From positions 1-64,000 of IMG/VR virus record IMGVR_UViG_2663763407_000004: 64,000 nucleotides of DNA, one strand, 5' to 3'. This document shows, piece by piece, positions 58,749 to 64,000 of this stretch. A program made the translations under genes and the position numbers. The first letter of the stretch is position 1. Each line of letters opens with the position of its first letter. Below the pieces are notes generated by a model. That model did no database searches and was not told the DNA's origin. It saw only the letters and a program-made list of their open reading frames with translations. Source of the stretch: an uncultured virus (IMG/VR IMGVR_UViG_2663763407_000004) (Duplodnaviria > Heunggongvirae > Uroviricota > Caudoviricetes).

Positions 58749-60548
58749 ATGACCACCCAAGCAGTAACAACCAGTAATCTCCCGCCCGCCGTGGTTGGGT
58801 TGAATATTGACGAACCAACGTGGAACGCGCTGAAAAACAGTATTTACCCTGGCGCTAAAGATGATTCAGTCATCATGGCGGTGAGTTATTGCCGCGCCCG
58901 CCAGTTAGATCCACTGATGAAACCCGTTCATTTAGTTCCTATGAGCGTGAAAGATGCGGTAAGTGGTAAATATGAAATGCGTGATGTGGTGATGCCCGGT
59001 GTTGGGCTCTATCGCATACAGGCAGACCGCTCTGGTAACTATGCCGGTGCACAGGAACCCGAATTTGGCCCTGACCTCACACAAGTTTTTAACGGAGTAG
59101 AAATTACTTTCCCTCAGTGGTGCAAATACACCCTGAGCAAACTCATGCCTAACGGCACTATCGTGGAGTTCAGTGCGAAGGAATATTGGCTGGAGAACTA
59201 TGCCACCGCGGGCCGCGATACTCAGGCACCCAATGCCATGTGGAAAAAACGGCCCTATGGGCAACTCGCCAAATGCTTTGATGATGAAACTGAAATACTC
59301 ACTGATGAAGGGTTTCAGCTATTTTCTAAAGTAACAGGGAAAATATTACAAGTAACAACTAATGGTTTGGAATCATCCTCTGCAATTCCATTTGTGCAGC
59401 CTTATAGCGGCTCAATGGTAACAGCGAATGGTAGTCGCTTGAATTTTAGCGTAACACCAAATCACGATATGTTAACGAACAACGGAAAAGTAGAGGCAGC
59501 AACACTATACCAAAAAGCTACGACAGATAGTTCTAAGTGGGCAATTCCGAGATCTGTTGTTTCAAATCGTCCTGATTCGAATATTAGTGATCAACTTTTA
59601 TACTTGGTTGGGTACCTATTAGCCGATGGCTACCACTCTGGATACCATCAAATCAGGGTTTCCGTATCTAGGCTCTATAAAATAGAAGCTTTATTTTCTT
59701 TGGGATTGCATAGCAAAGTATCAGTAAAAAAAGACGCTGGCAGAGAGGCTGTGACCGGCAAAAGAATCATTAAAACCATCAGGGATAAGAAGAGTTTTAC
59801 GTATGATTTTAGCTTAGTGTCAAAATATATGACGGCCGATAAGCGTGTTCATCCTGAATGGATTTTATCATTATCATCTCGGCAGGCAAAAATTGTTGTT
59901 GATTCCCTTTTAGAATTTGATGGATCTCACAATGGCTCTGTACGCCGCTTACATCAACGAAATACCAATGTCATATCTGCATTTGAGTTATTAGCCATTC
60001 AAGCTGGTTATTCAATAAGTAGCCCTTCCGTACAAAAAAGCGATATTGGCTCGTGCTCATTATTCACCCTTTCTGAAACAACCACTTCACCAGTAGTGAA
60101 AGGCCTCAGTAAAAACTCATCATCATTAGTAATAACTCAAAACACCTCCGGCAAAGTATGGTGCGTAACAGTACCATCAGGTGTCATTGTTGTGCGTCGC
60201 CACGGGTTATCTATGCTCTGCGGTAATTGCGCCGAAGCCCAGGCATTGCGTAAAGGGTGGCCGGAAATTGGTCAGCAGCCAACAGCAGAAGAAATGGAAG
60301 GTAAAAGTCTTGATGTGAATGAAGGTAAAGAACACAGCCAAGGCAGCCAGCAACCAAGCCAGCCGCAGGCACTACCAGAATATAGCGCGGAACAATTTCA
60401 ACGCGCACTTGCTGACTGGACAACGCTGATCAACAAGGGCAAGAAAACTGCCGCGCAAATCATCAACACCATCGAAAGTAAATACACCCTCACCTCGGCA
60501 CAAATCAAAACTATCGAATATCTGGAGGCAGAAGATGCAAATCATTAA
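58749..60548 (+). CDS. bet: Bet/RecT single-strand annealing protein containing an intein
   Basis: YCRARQLDPLMKPVH, GLYRIQADRSG, MWKKRPYGQLAK|C..N|CAEAQALRKGWP. Confidence 0.9.
   Translation: MTTQAVTTSNLPPAVVGLNIDEPTWNALKNSIYPGAKDDSVIMAVSYCRARQLDPLMKPVHLVPMSVKDAVSGKYEMRDVVMPGVGLYRIQADRSGNYAGAQEPEFGPDLTQVFNGVEITFPQWCKYTLSKLMPNGTIVEFSAKEYWLENYATAGRDTQAPNAMWKKRPYGQLAKCFDDETEILTDEGFQLFSKVTGKILQVTTNGLESSSAIPFVQPYSGSMVTANGSRLNFSVTPNHDMLTNNGKVEAATLYQKATTDSSKWAIPRSVVSNRPDSNISDQLLYLVGYLLADGYHSGYHQIRVSVSRLYKIEALFSLGLHSKVSVKKDAGREAVTGKRIIKTIRDKKSFTYDFSLVSKYMTADKRVHPEWILSLSSRQAKIVVDSLLEFDGSHNGSVRRLHQRNTNVISAFELLAIQAGYSISSPSVQKSDIGSCSLFTLSETTTSPVVKGLSKNSSSLVITQNTSGKVWCVTVPSGVIVVRRHGLSMLCGNCAEAQALRKGWPEIGQQPTAEEMEGKSLDVNEGKEHSQGSQQPSQPQALPEYSAEQFQRALADWTTLINKGKKTAAQIINTIESKYTLTSAQIKTIEYLEAEDANH
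59274..60227 (+). mobile_element. Intein (318 aa) with LAGLIDADG homing endonuclease
   Basis: Cys1 CFDDETEILT; block B VTPNHDML; YLVGYLLADG and SLLEFDGS; block F VWCVTV; terminal GN followed by Cys+1. Confidence 0.92.
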
Positions 60549-62139
60549 TGTCCAGCAAGGCACGCCAGAATGGCACGCCTTACGCAGTCGCCATTTCACT
60601 GCCAGCGAAGCCCCGGTAATGATGGCAGCCTCCAGTAAAATGCGCCGCGATGAATTGCTGAACATGAAGGCCACCGGCTCGGAACGGGAAATCAGCGATT
60701 GGGTACAAACCAACTTGTTCGATAAAGGCCACGCGCAAGAAGCCACCGCGCGGGTCATCGTAGAATCTATGATCGGTACCGAATTATTCCCTGCAACCGC
60801 CATCGATGATGATGGCTATTTGTTGGCTTCCTTTGATGGCATGACCATGATGGAAGATGTGTTGTTTGAACACAAAATGTGGAATGCCACACTGGCGCTG
60901 GCGGTGAAAAATAAAGACTTGCCGCCAGAGTATTACTGGCAGTTAGAACAGCAACTTTTAGTGAGTGAGTCCGAAAAGGTCATTTTTGTGGTATCAGATG
61001 GCACTGAGGATAACTTTGTGTGGATGGAGTATTTACCGGTACCTGGTCGCCGTGAAGCTTTGATGGCGGGTTGGCAGCAATTTGAACAGGATTTGAACGG
61101 TTACACAGCCCCTGAGATAAAAGACATACCGCAAGGTAAAGCCTTAATGCGCCTCCCTGCCCTATTGGTGGAGATAGAGGGCGCGGTAAAAGAATCAAAC
61201 CTGACTGTTTACCAGAATCAAGCGTTGGCTTTTATTCAATCCATCAACACTAATCTGGTGACCGATCAGGACTTCGCTGACGCAGAAGAAACCGTTAAGT
61301 TCTGTGAAAAAGCAGAGAAAGAGCTGGATCTGATTAAACAACAGGCACTGTCTAAGACTGAGCAGATTGATCTACTTTTCCGCACCATTGATACCTTGCG
61401 CAATGAAATGCGAAACAAACGGCTAGACCTGTCAAAACTCGTTAAGTTGCGCAAAGAAGCTATTCGCCTTGAAATACTGAATAAGGTAAAAGCCGCTCTT
61501 GCTGAGCACATTGCCAGTATCAATAAACAGTTGGCTATTGTCACTCTACCTACTATCCCGGCTGATTTTGCCACTGCTATCAAAGGCAAGAAAACCCTCA
61601 CCTCTTTGAAGAGTGCAGCCAACGATGAACTGGCACGCGCCAAGATAGCTGCTAACCAATTAGGTGAGAAATATCAGTCCAACTTAGTGCTATTTGCTGA
61701 TATTGAACCGGCTTATAAAAATCTGTTCGCTGACATCAACCAGATAATTGCCCTTGAGCACGAACATCTGGCGCTGATGATTGATCAACGCATTACCAGG
61801 CAAAAACAGATTGAGGAACAGCACAGACAGCAGGAAGCATTGCGGCTTGATGAATTGAAAAAACAACAACAGGCAGTGCCAGTGTCCACTACAGAAACAG
61901 TCACCGCAAGTACGGATGCAACAGTCCATCAGTCGTTACACCCTGCGGGATCGGTTAACTTCCCTAAACAACTGGGCGGATCGGTAAATACGCCACTAAC
62001 AGACAAGCCAGCTAATTGGATTGCCCAAATTGATGCTGATTTAGTGGCGGCAGGAATTGAGCTTACTACTGAAACAGTTAACCGCCTGTACAACGCGGTA
62101 AAAGCTGGCCGGATCCGCTATTTCTCTATCACGCAGTAA
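60535..62139 (+). CDS. YqaJ-like exonuclease with long coiled-coil extension
   Basis: QGTPEWHALR..FTASEA, ASFDG, FEHK, YYWQLEQQ. Confidence 0.88.
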   Translation: MQIINVQQGTPEWHALRSRHFTASEAPVMMAASSKMRRDELLNMKATGSEREISDWVQTNLFDKGHAQEATARVIVESMIGTELFPATAIDDDGYLLASFDGMTMMEDVLFEHKMWNATLALAVKNKDLPPEYYWQLEQQLLVSESEKVIFVVSDGTEDNFVWMEYLPVPGRREALMAGWQQFEQDLNGYTAPEIKDIPQGKALMRLPALLVEIEGAVKESNLTVYQNQALAFIQSINTNLVTDQDFADAEETVKFCEKAEKELDLIKQQALSKTEQIDLLFRTIDTLRNEMRNKRLDLSKLVKLRKEAIRLEILNKVKAALAEHIASINKQLAIVTLPTIPADFATAIKGKKTLTSLKSAANDELARAKIAANQLGEKYQSNLVLFADIEPAYKNLFADINQIIALEHEHLALMIDQRITRQKQIEEQHRQQEALRLDELKKQQQAVPVSTTETVTASTDATVHQSLHPAGSVNFPKQLGGSVNTPLTDKPANWIAQIDADLVAAGIELTTETVNRLYNAVKAGRIRYFSITQ

Positions 62140-62183
62140 CCTTTCATAACCTGCCACGGCAGGCATTCCACAGGTAACCCATC

Positions 62184-63323
62184 ATGACCACACAGGCCAC
62201 AACTGCCAGTGTGCTGGAGTCATCTCTGCGTCCAGTTCGGGCGCAGTTAGACCTTGCCATTGAGCAGACTACCGGCACCGCACAGCGCTCTATAGAGAGC
62301 GCGACTGTTTTACTCAACCAAGCACAGTCCCTATGTATTGAACAACTCAACATCGAGACTGACGAGTACAACCTTTTATTCGACCGTTTAGAAAAAACTG
62401 AAAACGACCTAACCACGAAATCCTTGGCGTTAACACAAGTGCAGGAACGCATAGAAAATGCAGACCTGTTAGTCGCTGAAGCCAATGCGCAGCGAGACAG
62501 TATTTCAGCCAAATACAATCTTTCACTTTCAGACCAACGCGTGTTGGCTACTGAGGTGAATCGGTTGAAGTCACTGAATCCTGAAAAAATGAAAATCCAG
62601 ATCGTTCGCCTCAAAGATGATTTGGAGAGCAAGCGTACGTTGTTAAACCAGCAACTAACAGAGATCCGGCGATACAAAAAAGAGGTGGCAGAAAAAACCA
62701 GCAAACTGGCTGTCATGGTCAATGTTAATGACCAATTGAATAATGCCGTTTCTGACCTCACCAACCGGATCCAGCGTATGGATGGTGACGTCGAGCCAAC
62801 CTACTATCGTGGCAATGATGGCACTGAATTTTACTTTTATACCTTCCAGTGGGGGCTGAAACTACGCTCAGGTGATTACGATATGCAGCTCATTAACGAT
62901 ATTGACTGGCATATTGAAATTCGCTCCACCAGCGGCATTGGCCTGATCGTCTCGGTCAATGAGTGGGCATTACCCGTCTATCCCATGGTTGATGATTTCA
63001 AACAGAACTGGCCGGATGGCCTGACCCCAGCGGTTACCCAGCGTATTCGAGATCTGCTTGAGCCTACTCACCCACACTTAGTTAAGCGGGCTGAGTGGGC
63101 AGGAACCGTGCTGACCGAAACCCTACCGTTGAAAGAGCAGCATTTAGAGCTGCTGGCCCGCTCTGGGATCCATTCGTTATTTGATGTTGTCCGTCGAACC
63201 CCGGATATGTTGGCTAATGCCGTCAAAGGCTTTGGGATCGCCAGCGCCCGCCAGGTACATGCTCAATGCACCCGAATCGTAAAAGAGTGGGAATTAGAGC
63301 AGAAACAGAAGGAAGCCGCATGA
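62184..63323 (+). CDS. Coiled-coil hypothetical protein with C-terminal HhH-like motif
   Basis: Long heptad region; VKGFGIASARQV. Confidence 0.6.
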   Translation: MTTQATTASVLESSLRPVRAQLDLAIEQTTGTAQRSIESATVLLNQAQSLCIEQLNIETDEYNLLFDRLEKTENDLTTKSLALTQVQERIENADLLVAEANAQRDSISAKYNLSLSDQRVLATEVNRLKSLNPEKMKIQIVRLKDDLESKRTLLNQQLTEIRRYKKEVAEKTSKLAVMVNVNDQLNNAVSDLTNRIQRMDGDVEPTYYRGNDGTEFYFYTFQWGLKLRSGDYDMQLINDIDWHIEIRSTSGIGLIVSVNEWALPVYPMVDDFKQNWPDGLTPAVTQRIRDLLEPTHPHLVKRAEWAGTVLTETLPLKEQHLELLARSGIHSLFDVVRRTPDMLANAVKGFGIASARQVHAQCTRIVKEWELEQKQKEAA

Positions 63324-63748
63324 TGGATGAGGAACTGAACCAGAGTACCGGCAACTACTTTAAAGAAGATGACCGGGGGGACTATACCGCTCGTATCATC
63401 TGGCTAATGCGCTGTCGCGCAGAGATCCGCAGTGGTAATCCCTATCGACCGATGCCAAAACCAATTTATCCCGGTAATGAGCAATGGCGTGGCTTATCTC
63501 AGGTGAATACGGTCGATATCGGTATTCGTAAGCGCTACTCATTGGAAGTTTTGCTGGCTATCTATCAGTTTTACCGCGCTGGCCACAATGAAAATTTGAT
63601 TGCCAGCAGTACCGGTATCCCGGTGACCACTATCCGCAAAATGTTGGAACATAAAACTCAGAATCAGCGCAAAGCATGGCAATTGGCCTACCAGCTTCGC
63701 ATTCCCTCCAAAAGAGACATTATCAACCGGTTAATTCGGGAGGTTTAA
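63320..63748 (+). CDS. Hypothetical HTH protein
   Basis: NLIASSTGIPVTTIRKML. Confidence 0.55.
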   Translation: MMDEELNQSTGNYFKEDDRGDYTARIIWLMRCRAEIRSGNPYRPMPKPIYPGNEQWRGLSQVNTVDIGIRKRYSLEVLLAIYQFYRAGHNENLIASSTGIPVTTIRKMLEHKTQNQRKAWQLAYQLRIPSKRDIINRLIREV

Positions 63749-63868
63749 CCATATCCGACCGTAGCATTCGATAGCAGTATCACTAAAACATAGCCCCTTA
63801 CCACTCTAGACCAAACGACCATAATAGGGCGTAACATCTTTGCGCCCTTTCCTACTGAGGAAAGACCA

Positions 63869-64000
63869 ATGACCAAACTACTGACATTAGAAGAATGGGC
63901 GGAAGAAACCTACCGCAGCAAGCAACCAACCCCCCAGACACTCCAGCGCTGGGCGCGAGGCGGCAATATTTACCCGGCACCTGAAAAACATGGGCGCGAG
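63869..64000 (+). CDS. xis: Excisionase (partial, runs off window)
   Basis: MTKLLTLEEWAEETY..PTPQTLQRWARGGNIYPAPEKHGRE. Confidence 0.85.
   Translation, partial: MTKLLTLEEWAEETYRSKQPTPQTLQRWARGGNIYPAPEKHGRE

Larger units (their letters stand above)
10244..64000. mobile_element. Temperate podovirus-like prophage (933W/Stx-phage-like architecture); right end outside window
   Basis: Complete order of late, lysis, Q, replication, immunity, recombination and xis modules. Confidence 0.9.

Noticed and set aside
14916..62764. Many 60-200 aa ORFs antisense to or nested in large phage genes (e.g. 19391-19891, 30216-30719, 51141-51581, 62144-62764)
   Set aside because: Shadow frames of recognisable genes, with no RBS or motifs

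Overview
Enterobacterial chromosome window; gene content looks most like Yersinia, which is an inference. Bases 1 to about 10240 are a decayed prophage/accessory island: endolysin, holin, GhoT/OrtT-like toxin, Q, CatB/CatC-type acetyltransferase, repressor, ABC-F ATPase, a broken deaminase toxin-immunity pair, a DUF1120 protein, and IS6 and integrase relics. An att-like core resembling the 3' end of sdsR/ryeB lies at 10244-10267. From there to beyond 64000 is a largely intact temperate short-tailed prophage of 933W/Stx-podophage-like architecture, with no stx genes. It carries a TIR+STAND NTPase cargo locus, an IS903-like element, a ~2545-aa polyvalent virion protein, tail/head/terminase/lysis genes, a Q-like gene, nin/replication genes, cro/cI, an N-like gene, Bet/Exo and xis. 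The most notable signals are: (1) a LAGLIDADG intein in the Bet recombinase; (2) TIR and STAND NTPase joined by an A9 slippery site; (3) four copies of a pR'-like promoter/terminator cassette across the late region; (4) a shared RBS motif AGGACTGACCAATG on at least 5 early/middle genes, with complementary sequence in the late leader; (5) leader peptides upstream of the cat-like and ABC-F genes; (6) a frameshift that swaps the Rz/Rz1 C-termini. All product calls come from motif recognition, with no database search.
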